A DNA stretch of 64,000 nucleotides from Octopus vulgaris. Lineage: Eukaryota. Shown here piece by piece: positions 14,227-26,208 of the stretch. The stretch covers positions 73,036,001 to 73,100,000 of the forward strand of contig OX597819.1 of NCBI GenBank assembly GCA_951406725.2, read 5' to 3'. A program made the translations under genes and the position numbers. The notes under the pieces are model-generated. The model saw nothing but the letters and a program-made list of their open reading frames with translations, ran no database searches and had not been told where the DNA came from. How positions within the stretch are numbered: the stretch's first letter is position 1; each line of letters starts with the position of its first letter.

Positions 14227-15507
14227 TATACACACACATGGGCTATTTCAGTTTCTATCTACCAAATTCGCTCACAAGGTTTTAGTCAGCTCAGGGCTAT
14301 AGTAGAAGGCACTTACTCAAGATACCGCGCATTGGGACTGAACCAAGAACCATGTGGTTGGGAAGCAAACTGCTTACCAAGCAGCCATGCATATTTTTTT
14401 TACAGAAGAGATTTAACCTGATGTCGTCTGAAACAATGTCTTTATTTCGTTAGAACCAAGCTTGATACATTGCCACATATTGAGTATACACACCATTTAT
14501 TATTTATTCTTCTGTGCTGTGCTTTAATTAGTTACTGCGGATATAATGCTAAGTGAACAGGTCATGTTGATATTGTAAAATACTTTGATTTTAGCTGTAA
14601 TTAAAACAGATAATGAAGTAAGTACATAATTTGCTATGGCAGTATTTTTTTCCTAGATTCGCAAAATATTGAAGAATATCACCTTTTTCACCGTTATTGG
14701 AACATCTGCTTTTCCCTTCTGATATGGGTTTGATAGAGCTACTGTACATCATGTGACAACTTGTCTCAATCTAATTTTAGTTCTTCTCTCTTCAGTTACG
14801 ATTTTTCCCACATGCAGTCTCTTCCTTCTATTCCTTCTTCATCCTTCCTCAATTACAGATATTTTTCATTGGCAGAGCTTGCTTCCCAACATTCAAATCT
14901 CAACACAAGTGTGGTTGAATGGTTAAGAAGTTTGCCGCCTAACCACATGGTTCTGGGTTCGGTCCCATTGCATGGTAACTCATGCGAATGTCTTCTACTA
15001 TATAGCCTTGCGGCAAACAAAGCCTTGTGAGAAACAGAAAGAAACTTGTCATGTCAGTCTGACCAATACTTTGGAGTATCTTAATTCTTAAATTATCTTA
15101 CAGCCTGGATATTGGTGGCTCTTCATTTTTCATTCTGTGTGTGTTCTTGCCTTGCTTTCACATGAGACACTGTCATTCTTTTACATCCTTCCATGAGAGA
15201 CATGTCTGGCTGTGGCGAAATATTAGTTTGCTTGGAAGCAGGTACGGGTTGGTGACACAAAGGGCATCTTGCCGTAGAAAATTTGCCCGACTGAGTTCCC
15301 TCAGACCCATGCAAGCATTGAAAAGTGGACATTAAAGCACACACTCCCCCCCCTCTCACTCTTTCTCTCTCTGTCTCTCATGCACACACACACACACAAA
15401 AGTAAATACCAAAATGACAGTTACTTGATTGGCCATTACGTTTATATGATCTGGCTTGAGCTATTCAACCTGAAATGAAAGGATATCAGTTTTCCCAGCT
15501 AAGCGTT

Positions 15508-15539
<32 letters not shown>

Positions 15540-16572
15540 CATAGTTGCTATTATGTTGAACTGCTGTATGTCCAAATTTGGCCAAATGCATTTTTTTTTC
15601 AATATTTATTTTTCCTTGCAATAGCCAGTTCTTTTGGTCAAACTATCCTCTCTCTCCAGCCACTTCTGATGCTAAAATATCAAAAATTGTGACAATGTAG
15701 TACTACAGTTTTGCTATGGAATGGTGAAACTATTTTTTCGCTTTCTGAAAAAACAATGCTTTGAGACTTAAACACTTTTGCATAAAAGTAACTATATATA
15801 TATGTGTAATCATCATTTTTTAACATTTGTTTTCCTTGCTGGCATGGGTTGGACAGCTTGATGCCCTTACTAATGCCAACCACTTAAAGTGTATTGGGTA
15901 CCTTTTTATGTAGCAGCAGCACAGTGCTTTTTGTGTGGCACTGATCTAGGTCATTTTGGCATCAATAATCGTGTGTGTGTGTTTGTCTTCCAAACCCACT
16001 CAGAAGGCTTTGTGGGACTGAACCCAAAACCATGTGGTTAGGGTGTGAACTTCCTTAACCACCCTGCCATATCTGCACCAATGGCTGTACAATATATTTA
16101 TGATGATGTTTAAAAATTTAATTTGATTTGTATTGTCATACATCATTATCATCATCATCATCGTTTAATGCCTGCCTTTCATGCTAGCATGAGTGGGACA
16201 GTTTCACAAGAGCCAGCCAGGCAGAAGCCTGCACCAGACTTCTATGACTGTTCTGGAAGGATGTTTACAGCTGGATGCCCTTCCTAACACCAACCACTCA
16301 GCAGAGTTGACTCAGTGCTTTTTACGTGGCACAAGCACAGGCGAGGTCAGTTTTGGCAAGGTTTTTACAGCTGGGTGCCTTTTCAAACACCAGCAACTTT
16401 ACAGTGGACTGGGTGCCTTTAAGTGGCACCTGCACTGACAGGGTCACCAAGTACTTGCAAAATAAAAAAGAAAATTACTTTAATTTTACTGGGCACAAGG
16501 CCAGTTTCTGAAAAGGGCTTAATATACATTATTTACATTTGACGGATATTTGTCCTCATCTTGTTTGTTGTT

Positions 16573-16618
16573 AACACAACATTTCGGCTGATATACCCTC
16601 CAGCCTTCATCAGGTGTC
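16573..16618 (-). ncRNA. Minimal type-I hammerhead ribozyme (Penelope-like)
   Basis: GACAC-CUGAUGA-aGGCUG(gagggtatat)CAGCC-GAAA-u-GUU-GUGUU; stem I GACAC/GUGUU; the C of GAAAC is T here (CpG decay) but C in the sister copy at 16926-16968. Confidence 0.7.
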
Positions 16619-16688
16619 TTGGGGAAATTTCGAACCTGGGTTCTCATTCCTAGGGTATTTTTCAATGTTGTTGTTATTATTATTATTA

Positions 16689-16744
<56 letters not shown>

Positions 16745-16766
16745 GAGGTCACTGCCATATGCCCAT

Positions 16767-16837
16767 GGGCATATGGCATAGTGGGGAAGAACGCGGGCTA
16801 CTAACCCCAAGATTCCGAGTTTGATTCCAGGCAGGGA

Positions 16838-16839
<2 letters not shown>
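16767..16839 (+). promoter_or_regulatory. tRNA-derived head with Pol III A and B boxes
   Basis: A box TGGCATAGTGG at 16774-16784; B box AGTTTGATTCC at 16818-16828; anticodon-like stem-loop ggg-ctactaa-ccc. Confidence 0.75.
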
Positions 16840-16873
<34 letters not shown>

Positions 16874-17805
16874 TAATATCAAAAAATACCTTAAGAATGA
16901 GAACCCAGGTTCGAAATTTCCCCAAGACACCTAATAAAGGCTAGAGGGTATATCAACCGAAACGTGTTAACAACAAACAAGATGAAGACAAATATCCATC
17001 AAATGAAAATAATGTACATAATTCCTCATCTCTTAAATATAGAAGGTCTTAATATATTTTCATTGAGGCAACCATAATACATTACTGATTCTTTGTTTAT
17101 TGATAGTGAAGGCATCTAAAAGTACAGAAAACACCATAAATTGTTTTAGTGAAGGACTTTGCTGTTTTTAAGCCAATCGTTACCTTTTTAAATAAAGTAA
17201 TGGAAAGGCTTTCAGAAATCAATGTCTTTTGGCAAAAGGCAAGAAAAAATACACAAAGAAAAAAACATTGTTGGAAAATTGCCATTAACGGTATGAAGGT
17301 TAGAAAGTGTTTCTATGAATCAGTAAAAATTAATTGAAAATATGTTGATTTTTAGAAAGCCAAAGCAACATACATTTATTATTGCAGATATACATTTGTG
17401 TGTGTGTGTATCATTAAATACATGAAGGTGTGTACCCCAGCGGTTAGAGTATTCAGCTCACAATCATAAGGTTGTGAGTTTGATTCCTGACTGCACATTT
17501 TGTCCTTGAGCAAGACACTTTATTTTACCATATTCCAGTTCATTCAGCTGGCAAAAATAAGTTGAACCTGTATTCCTTTGTCATATTGAATCTTCCTGAG
17601 AACTATGTTAAGGATATGCATGTCTGTGGAGTGCTCAGCCACTTGCCCATTAATTTCATGAGCAGGCTGTTCTGTTGATCGGATCAACTGGAACCATCAT
17701 CATCGTGCCAGTTATTCTATCAACACCAAATTGATGAATGATGAAGTTAACCATTCACATACGTCAACCAACACAGTGACAGCTATCGTGTGTGTGTTAT
17801 TATTG

Positions 17806-17995
17806 TTATTGTTATTATTATTGCCTTTGCACAGCTTCTAACACTGGAGATGTACTACAGTGTCAGCTGTTCACTACCAGTGAACTAAAGTAACACCTCT
17901 TATTTTTCGAGCACCTTCCAGAGTATTCAAGCGGTTCCAAGCAATGCTGTTTTCTGCAAGTGCTCTTATTGCAGCCCCTATTTGATCCATGTACT
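17806..17995 (-). mobile_element. 3' end of an R4/RLE-type non-LTR element
   Basis: Minus strand reads LQKTALLGTA*ILWKVLEK* followed by a short UTR and (AAT/AAC)n tail. Confidence 0.65.
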
Positions 17996-19120
17996 TGTTG
18001 TTGTTATTACATAATTATATTTATGATTGTATGGTTGTAAACTTCACATCACAGCCATGTGGTTCTGGGTTCAGTCCCACTGTATGGCACCTTGGGCAAG
18101 TGTCTTCTGCTATAACCTTGGGTCGACCAAAGCCTTATCAGTGGATTCGTAAAAAGAAGCTGGAAGTAGCCCATTAGTCGTGTGTGTGTGTCTTGACATT
18201 ATGTGGTAGTTGTAACATGAGAGACAGTGTCCTTTGTTTCCAATCTGTCGCAGGGAAACGTTATCTTACTTGGGACTGGCTGATGGTTGGTGACATCCCA
18301 GCCATAGAAAAGTGGTGGTTAAAATGATGATGAAATTATATACAATGGTTCTTGGTTCAGTCCCACTGCATGGCACCTTGGGGCAAGTGTCTTCTACCAT
18401 AGCCTTGGGCCAACCAAAGCTTTGTGAGGGGATCTGGTAGATGGAAACTGAAAGAAGCTCGTTGTATATATGTGTGTGTGTTTGTGTGTCTGTTTTTGTC
18501 TCTCCCACCACCACCACCATCATTTGACAACCAATGCTGGTGTGTTTACGTCCCTGTAACTTAGTGGTTTGGCAAAAGAAACTGATAGAATAAGTACAAG
18601 GGTCGGTTTGTTCAACTAAATACAGTGCTCCAGCATGGCCACGGTCAAATGACTGAAACGAATAAAAGAGTGAAAGAGTTGCATGTATGCATGTAGAATC
18701 CTGTTGCTTCACCTGTAAAAGTGACACCTTTTCCATGTTCAAATCCCTTAGCTGGTTGCATTTTCAGATTCTTTAGATGAATTTTCCTATGACTTTTAAA
18801 ATTTCAATTTTCTTCTGAATTTTCACACACACACATCCAACAGACTTTTTGCAGTTTCTCTACCAAATCCATTCACAGGGAAGTATGACTCTTCACTGTA
18901 CATATAACCTCAGATCTTGTACAGAATTATGGCATTATTCTTTTATGTATTTCAGTCATTTTGACTGCAGCCATACTGGAGCACCACCTTTAGTCGAACA
19001 AATCAACCCCAGGACTTATTCTTTTTGTTAGCCTAGTACTTATCCTATTGGTATCTTTTGCCGAACTGCTAAGTCACGGGGACATAAACACACCAACATC
19101 AGTTGTCAACACAAACACAT

Positions 19121-19164
<44 letters not shown>

Positions 19165-20193
19165 GACAGGCTTCTTTCAGTTTCCGTCTAGCAAATCCAC
19201 TCAAGGCAAGTAATTTTTACTTTTTTCGTTTAGTGTTAAGCTATCTCCTCTTAAATAGCTGCAGAAGGATTTGGATCTAGACAACACTTGTGGTGATGTT
19301 GGTCTACGCTTCTAAGTAACAATATACTGAAACTCGTTCATCTGTTGTACATATTTTCCCATCTAGTTAGACTCATTCAGAAACATTGCACTGCTGTTGA
19401 TGAAATACAAAATAGCCACCTGATGTCTGTTCACTACCAAATGATCCCTGTAATCTTTTTGTGTTTGGTGTGTCACCATCAAAAGATTTATCTTAATATA
19501 TACTAAGAGCAAGTCTGTCTGGCAAATTGCATCCCTCTCCTGGCTATTAAACCATACAAGCTAGAGTTTGTAGCTAGGGAGATTTAGATAAGGGGGATAA
19601 CTCAACTGCAATTAAAACCTCATCTCTTGCACCTAATAGTTACACATATAAAGACACATCATCTCTTGGACCTAATATCAATACTATAAGTATATGGGCA
19701 ACTTTTTTTTAAGAAGTGGGACACCTGAGACATGGTTTAACATCAGGCAGGCTGAACTACTAAAAAATTTCAAGGAATTATTCATATGGAGATGCCTTTC
19801 AGGAAGTCCCACAGGCCATCAGTTGCCCATGACTTTTTTTTATATATTTAACCATCTTACTCTTGCATGTATGTGTGTTTGCATGAAGAAACTGATCATG
19901 ACACCCCTCTCTGTCTTACTGTTACCCTCATCACTCCCCCTCTACTGGACTAAAAAGTGGCTCACCTACATTACATTTACCAGCATCCTGGCAATATGCT
20001 TTCATAAAATCCTCTTCAAAGATCATTGCTTTAGCATCCACTTTTCCTGGCTTGCATGGGTCAGACAACATTTGTTGAAGCTGATTTGATATTCTATGAC
20101 TGGATGCTTTTCCTGTTGCCAACCTTCACTTATTATAAAGTAATAATGCCTCACACACAAACATCACAAAGTATCACACATGTTTACAATTGA

Positions 20194-20502
20194 AGTAAAG
20201 ATTATTTGCCAACATAACATGGCAGTCCTGGTTTAGGACGAATGTTGCTGTAATTTAGCCTCAGGAGACCTCATCTCCAGCTGGCTATACGACATGATCT
20301 GTGTCCTTATATTTTCGAACAAGGGAATCTAGCACCCCCGCTCAGCTCAAAACAATATCTGAGTGGGGGTCCCTTGTTCAAAAATATAAGGACATAGATC
20401 ATGTCATATAGCCAGCTAGAGACGATGTCTCCTGGGGCTAAATTACAGTAACATTCGTCCTAAACTAGGACTGCCATGTTATGTTGGCAAACAATCTTTA
20501 CT
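20194..20502. repeat. 133-bp inverted repeat (about 92% identical) with a further 12-bp inner stem
   Basis: 20194-20326 versus 20370-20502, 10 mismatches by manual count (9 transitions); inner stem acccccgctcag/ctgagtgggggt. Confidence 0.92.
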
Positions 20503-20607
20503 CCAAAGTACTGTTGCTGAATATCTCTGATAGTGAGATTTACAAATAGTAATTTGCTAATGTTTACAATTAATGCTTGATGTCAACACAAAGTGATATG
20601 AACTTAT

Positions 20608-20638
<31 letters not shown>

Positions 20639-21253
20639 TTCATACATACACATTATCATCATCATTAATATTTTGTCCATTTTCCATGCTGTAAAGCCAA
20701 AGATCTACACTAGGCTCCAATTGTCTGTTTTTACAGCTGAATGATCTTCCTAATGCCAACCTCTTTACAGGGTGTACTGGATATCCTTTAGGTGATGCCA
20801 GCATGGGTGCTTTTTATGTCGTGCCAGCACACATGCATTATAAATACACATACTTAATAAATACAAACATACATAGATTCTTCAGTTTCTGTCTACAAAA
20901 TCCACACAGAAGACTTTGGTTGACTCTGGATTAAAATAGAAGACACTTGCCCAAGGTGGCATGCAGTGGAACTGAACCTAAAACCACATGATTGGTAATC
21001 AAACTTCTGGACCACACAGTCATTGATGAGGTTGCAGATGACAAGAAAAGGACTTTGGCGATCTAACTGATTGAATGATTGATTGAACAATTAATCAAAC
21101 ACATGATTAATTAATTGGTTAAATGGTTAACCAATTGACAAATAAAGAAGTGAAATAGAACCAGTGCATGTATTTATTATTAGTATAATGACCCTCTCAA
21201 GATACAACAGTATCTATACATATATATAGAGAGAGACCAACTTCCGCCACATT

Positions 21254-22501
21254 CCAGGGAGAAAAACTAGAAGTAGTTGATAGCTTCCGTTACTTAGTTG
21301 ACCAAGTCAGTAGCGGAGGAGGGTGCGCTGAAAGTGTAGCTGCTAGAATAAGAATAGATTGGGCAAAGCTCAGAGAGCTCTTACCTCTGCTGGTGACAAA
21401 GGGCCACTCACTCAAAGTAAAAGGTTACTGTATGATGTTTGTGTATGAACAGCCATGCTACATGGCAGTGAAACATGGGCTGTGACTGCTGAGGACATGC
21501 ATAAGCTCGCAAGGAATGAAGCCATTATGATCCAATGGATGTGTAATGTCAGTGTGCATACTCAACAGAGTGTAAGTACCTTGAGAGAAAAGTTGGACCT
21601 AAGAAGCATTAGATGTGGTGTGCAAGAGAGACGACTGCACTGGTATGGTCATGTGACAAGAATGGATGAGAATAACTGTGTGAAAAAGTGCCACACCCTA
21701 GCGGTTGACGGAACCTGTGGAAGAGGTAGACCTGGGATGATGAAGCATGACCTTTGAACATTAGGCCTCACCAAGGAAATGACTAATGACAGAGACTTTT
21801 GGAAATATGCTGTGCTTGAGAAGACCCAGCAAGCCAAATGAGACCATAACCTGTGGCCTATGCCAGGAGCGTAACCAGCCCGTTTATGCATACCTTTTCC
21901 TTCTTTGGTCACTAAACTCTGCTTGCGAAGACCTGTTGAGGCAAGTGAAATCAAAATCAAATTCGACTGGCATCCGTGCTAGCGGGGTGCAAAGAGCACC
22001 ATACGAGTGTGATCGTTTGACAGAGTGGCTAACCGGCTTCCGTGCCAGTGGCACATAAAAGGGTGCCATTTGAGTGTGATTGTTACCAGCGTCACCTTAC
22101 TGGCACTTGTACCTGTGCTTGTAGGGTGCCAAGAGCACCATCCAAGCGTGATCATTGCCAGAGCAGCCAACTGGCTTTCGTGCCAGTGGCACGTAAAAGG
22201 GCACCATTTGAGCGTGATTGTTACCAACATCGCCTTACTGGTACCTGTACCAGTGGCATGTGTAAAAAGATTCGAGCAAGGTCATTGCCAGTACCACCTT
22301 ACTGGCCCCTGTGCCGGTGGCATGTAAAAAGCGCCCACTACACTCTCGGAGTGGTTGGCGTTAGGAAGGGCATCCAGCTGTAGAAACTCTGCCAGATCAA
22401 GATTGGAGCCTGGTGCTGCCATCTGGTTCGCCAGCCCTCAGTCAAAATCGTCCAACCCATGCTAGCATGGAAAGTGGACGTTAAACAATGATGATGATGA
22501 T
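21254..22501 (+). mobile_element. 5'-truncated RTE LINE (C-terminal ORF and long repetitive 3' UTR)
   Basis: FRYL.D, MLHGSETW, RRLHWYGHV and RGRP motifs; (GAT)n tail ends ~20 nt before the THOC7 acceptor. Confidence 0.92.
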
Positions 22502-22522
22502 ATATAATTTTTTATTTTACAG

Positions 22523-22589
22523 ACAGCTACAAGAGCTGGATAAAGAGCTGGTGAAATTGAAAAATCACAAGAATCAAATACAAGAGAAA
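22523..22589 (+). CDS. THOC7: THOC7 coding exon
   Basis: ttttttattttacAG acceptor and AAA|GTAAGT donor; 67 nt, phase 2-0; encodes QLQELDKELVKLKNHKNQIQEK. Confidence 0.93.
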
Positions 22590-23300
22590 GTAAGTAAAGC
22601 TATCTTTTCCATTAGTAAGTTATTTACCATTTTGATTCCATGTTGCAAACCAGTGTGTAATCTATAAAATTACATTTTAATTCTGTAAATTATCTTCTTC
22701 AGTTCTATTTAGTATGCAAAAAGAAAAAGAAAAATATATTGGTTGGATCTTTTATGACACAAAACACTTTGATTTGTAAATTCTACAACTATGTACAATT
22801 CTGATTTTATGGGCATTCAAATTAGGGGCCTGAGCTGAATTGGAAGATTTCACTAAATTTGGCACCATATTTAACCTCTAATGTCTCAAGATTGAGACAT
22901 TTTCTACTTTTGAAACGTCATTCCTGCAATCTACTCCAAGAACACATTACAATCAAATAATAGTGAAAGATTCTGGATGTTCAATTTGTTTTCCAGGAGA
23001 AGGAGTTCGAAAAGTGAGAAAAATAATTTCAAAATGTAAGGTTCAGATATTTCAGAGAATAACATTCCAAATGTTGATGCATACATGTACTGTACTACCA
23101 AAATTCAGACATTGAAAATACTTAGATCTAGAATTAATTATTAAGACCCAAGATTGAAATCCACATACAAGGACGATTTCTGTTAGAAAAGTTTTCAGGC
23201 AATCTGAAAGGCTCCATTTTTCAAGCTTGGTTCCCTTTCAGCTGGAATACTCTATTAGTCTTAATGAATAATGAATTACCTGTACACAGGAGATTCATTA

Positions 23301-23790
23301 TACAGGGCCTGATCGAAAAGTATCAGGACTGGAGTTATAAAAAGAAAACTAAAGTGCATAGCAATTTGACATTTAATCTTCTTCAAAGTAGACCCCTTCT
23401 GAAGCCACACATTTTATCCAGTGATCATTTCCATTGATGGAAGCATTCTTGGAACTCCTTTTAAGGGATAGTGAGCAGCTGCCTTATCACATTCCCTTGT
23501 GTTCCCTTGATGTCTTAAAATCTAGTTAGGGTCTTCTACTGCAAAGACTGAGCCTTGGTTTCAGGATCCTAGCCATAGACCCACAATTCATCACCTGCTA
23601 TGACCATTTTCAAAGAGTTTCCATCTTCTTTTTGAGATGACCACACTCTACACACTTTACTGCTAAGTACTGCTACAAACAATAAAAGTGAGTGAGAACA
23701 ATATAACTTAGTGTGCATGCACAACAGAGTCCAAGATCCATCCGTGCCAAGTGCCCTCACTGCTTATTTGAGCTCTGTTACCATAGTAAC
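23301..23790 (-). mobile_element. Deleted mariner transposon remnant
   Basis: TIR-like TAcagggcctgatcgaaaagtatcagg; minus strand VIAGDELWVYG*DPETKAQS matches the mariner TGDETW motif. Confidence 0.75.
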
Positions 23791-24376
23791 AATTCCAATA
23801 CTTTATTTTTTTAGACCTTTTGTAGTTAATAAAACAGATACAAAAATCAGCAGAGTTGTCAATAGTTGTATTCTTGCAATCTTTGTGGCCAAGACATTGT
23901 AGAATTAACATATGTTAATTCCGCCGAGGTCAGCTTTGCCTTTCATCTTTTCGGGGTCGATAAATTAAGTAACAATTGTGTACTGGGGTCAATCTAATCT
24001 ACTGCCTCCCACCACCACCCAAAATTTCAGGCCTTGTGCCTAGAGTAGAAAAGAATTAACATATGTTAATTAAGTTTCAGTGTTGAATCCAAGTTGTCAT
24101 CCTCTGTGCATAGAGGAGACAGCAGCAAACAACATTGATGTAATCTCAACAGAGATGATACTCAACTCAAGAGGCTCACTCACTTGGTACAGTCTACATT
24201 ACCAATCTCTGTGCACTTACCTTTACACTGTTATTCTTTCTGAAGTACCTTCTTACATTATCAATCTCTCTGCAATACCTTCTGAAATGTGAACCATTTA
24301 AAAAGAAAGAAGATAACGACTCTTCATGATTTATTTTCTTTATTACATTTCACTTTTTACTTTTATCTGCTTTCAG

Positions 24377-24446
24377 TTGGACTTAAGACGCAAACAGTTC
24401 CATGTTTTAATTTCTGCTATTCATGACCTGGAGGGCATTCTTGAAG
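24377..24446 (+). CDS. THOC7: THOC7 coding exon
   Basis: ttttatctgctttcAG acceptor and G|GTAAAT donor; 70 nt, phase 0-1; encodes LDLRRKQFHVLISAIHDLEGILE (THOC7 motif LELRRKQFHVL). Confidence 0.96.
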
Positions 24447-25376
24447 GTAAATATCTGCTGCCATTCACCAATTGAGGGTATTGGCTTCTTAAAATTCTTC
24501 TTAATAATGAATAGCTCTAATGCCTAAGGATTGACTAAACTATGCAGAATGGTAGAAGGATTCAGTGTAGTTGTTCTCCATCAAATAGACAAATTTATAT
24601 TTGGTACAATTAGCATTTCTTTTTCTGCTTTCTATTTCTTTAAAAGCATCCAACAAATATGAAAGGATACTGGAGTCAACATCCTTCAGCTGATGCTGGA
24701 AAAATGTTTTTAATGATATGTCTGTAGAAAGTAGAGTTGAAAATATTTGGGCAACCTTTATATTTCCAGAAGAAATAAAACAGAGACATTAAGAACACTG
24801 TCTCACAGTATAAGATGACTATGTCGCAGTAAATAAAAATTATTTTTGTGATTGAATCATGAAGTTGAAATCTTCAATAATAAAAATTTGAAAACCAAGT
24901 GTGATAAAGTATGTTATAATTGGAATTTATAAGAATTTTCTAGACAATGTAGTCTTTAACAATTGCTTACTTTTAGTAAAAGTTATTCCATACAAATTAA
25001 TAAGCTGCTTTCTTTATTATAGTAAATAGAGGGAATGGCCAGATTAACTTCAGCTATTTATGTTCTCAATTCAAAATCTTGTTGACACAAAATTAACCCC
25101 TTATTCTTCGAAGATCAGTAAGTTCAAGGTCAATTGAAATCATCATCATTATTATTATCAGTAAGGCAGCGAACTGGCAGAATCATTAGCATGCCAGGCA
25201 AAATGGTTTGTGACATGCCATCTGTCTTAAGAGTTCAAATTTTGCCAAGATCAACTTTGCCTTTCATCCTTTTGGGGTCAATAAGATATGTACCAGTGAA
25301 ACGCTTGGGGTTAATGTAATTGACTAGTGCCCTTGCCAAACAAAAAAATTCAGGCCTTGTGTCTTTAGTAGAAAGG

Positions 25377-25418
<42 letters not shown>

Positions 25419-25987
25419 GGTGGTGATGGTGATAGTATGGTCTCATTGGTAACTGGGTCTTAGTTTCAGTTGTACACCTAGTTTATAATATCTAATCTCA
25501 AGGCATTTCCTTGCAATTTCATGTCTTTGAATGCAACCAGAATAAGCCCAGGATCTAGCCTCTGCATGGTCTCACAACCAGCTAGAAATGGCAGTTAAGT
25601 CTCCCTTAAGGAGAGATATATTGAATAATGTAATCCTCCTTAATCTAGAGTAAAGAAGCAGCAAAGTGCTTTGTTCTTTAGAAGTATAATGCTGGAATGA
25701 AGGAAAACAAATATTGCAATGATGAGATGTCAGCCACTTCAACAAACCAATTTTCTTCTCCATATTCTGAGTATATCCACGTCCACAACCACCAGATTAA
25801 GTATTTCAAAGGGCCTGGCCTTGTTATATTCTGTCATGCTGAATCTCCATGAGAACCACGTTGATTTCACAGGCAATATGTTCAGTTGACCAAATCAACT
25901 AGAACTCTCATTGTAACTCACTGAGAGCCAGTTTTTTTTTTTTAGGGGGGGGGACTATATTATTTTGGTTTGACCAGTGGCCCTTAA

Positions 25988-26208
25988 CTCTTTCGTTACT
26001 TTATTTATTTTGAGATGCTCTGTGTTTCTTTCAATCAATCTAAAGTATAACAAAGAATTTAGTAAAATAACTTTGTTATCATTAAGCTAGTGTTAGGAAC
26101 ATAAATTGTTTCTAAGGTTTGGTGGAAGATTTTAATTCAAAACTTAGGAAAACAAGACATTTGTACTCAGAGCCAGAACAGGTTTCAGCCGGGTTGGCAA
26201 CGAAAGGG
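25988..26208 (-). mobile_element. piggyBac-like MITE, copy 2 (inverted relative to copy 1)
   Basis: TTAA|CTCTTTCG ... CGAAAGGG|TTAA with TTAA target duplication. Confidence 0.85.

Larger units (their letters stand above)
16520..17020. mobile_element. Head-to-head palindromic pair of a tRNA-headed, hammerhead-containing element
   Basis: Symmetry centre 16765/16766 (tgccatatgccca|tgggcatatggca); each arm is tRNA-like head, then (AAT)n, then ~150-bp body; the left arm lacks the tRNA interior. Confidence 0.85.

Noticed and set aside
16767-16839. Functional tRNA gene
   Set aside because: Acceptor and anticodon stems pair poorly, the B box is mutated, and it is fused to a repeat body
21960-22335. 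Spaced repeats resembling a CRISPR array (also 29920-30265 and 61470-61740)
   Set aside because: Degenerate tandem units of the RTE 3' UTR in eukaryotic DNA; no unique spacers or cas genes
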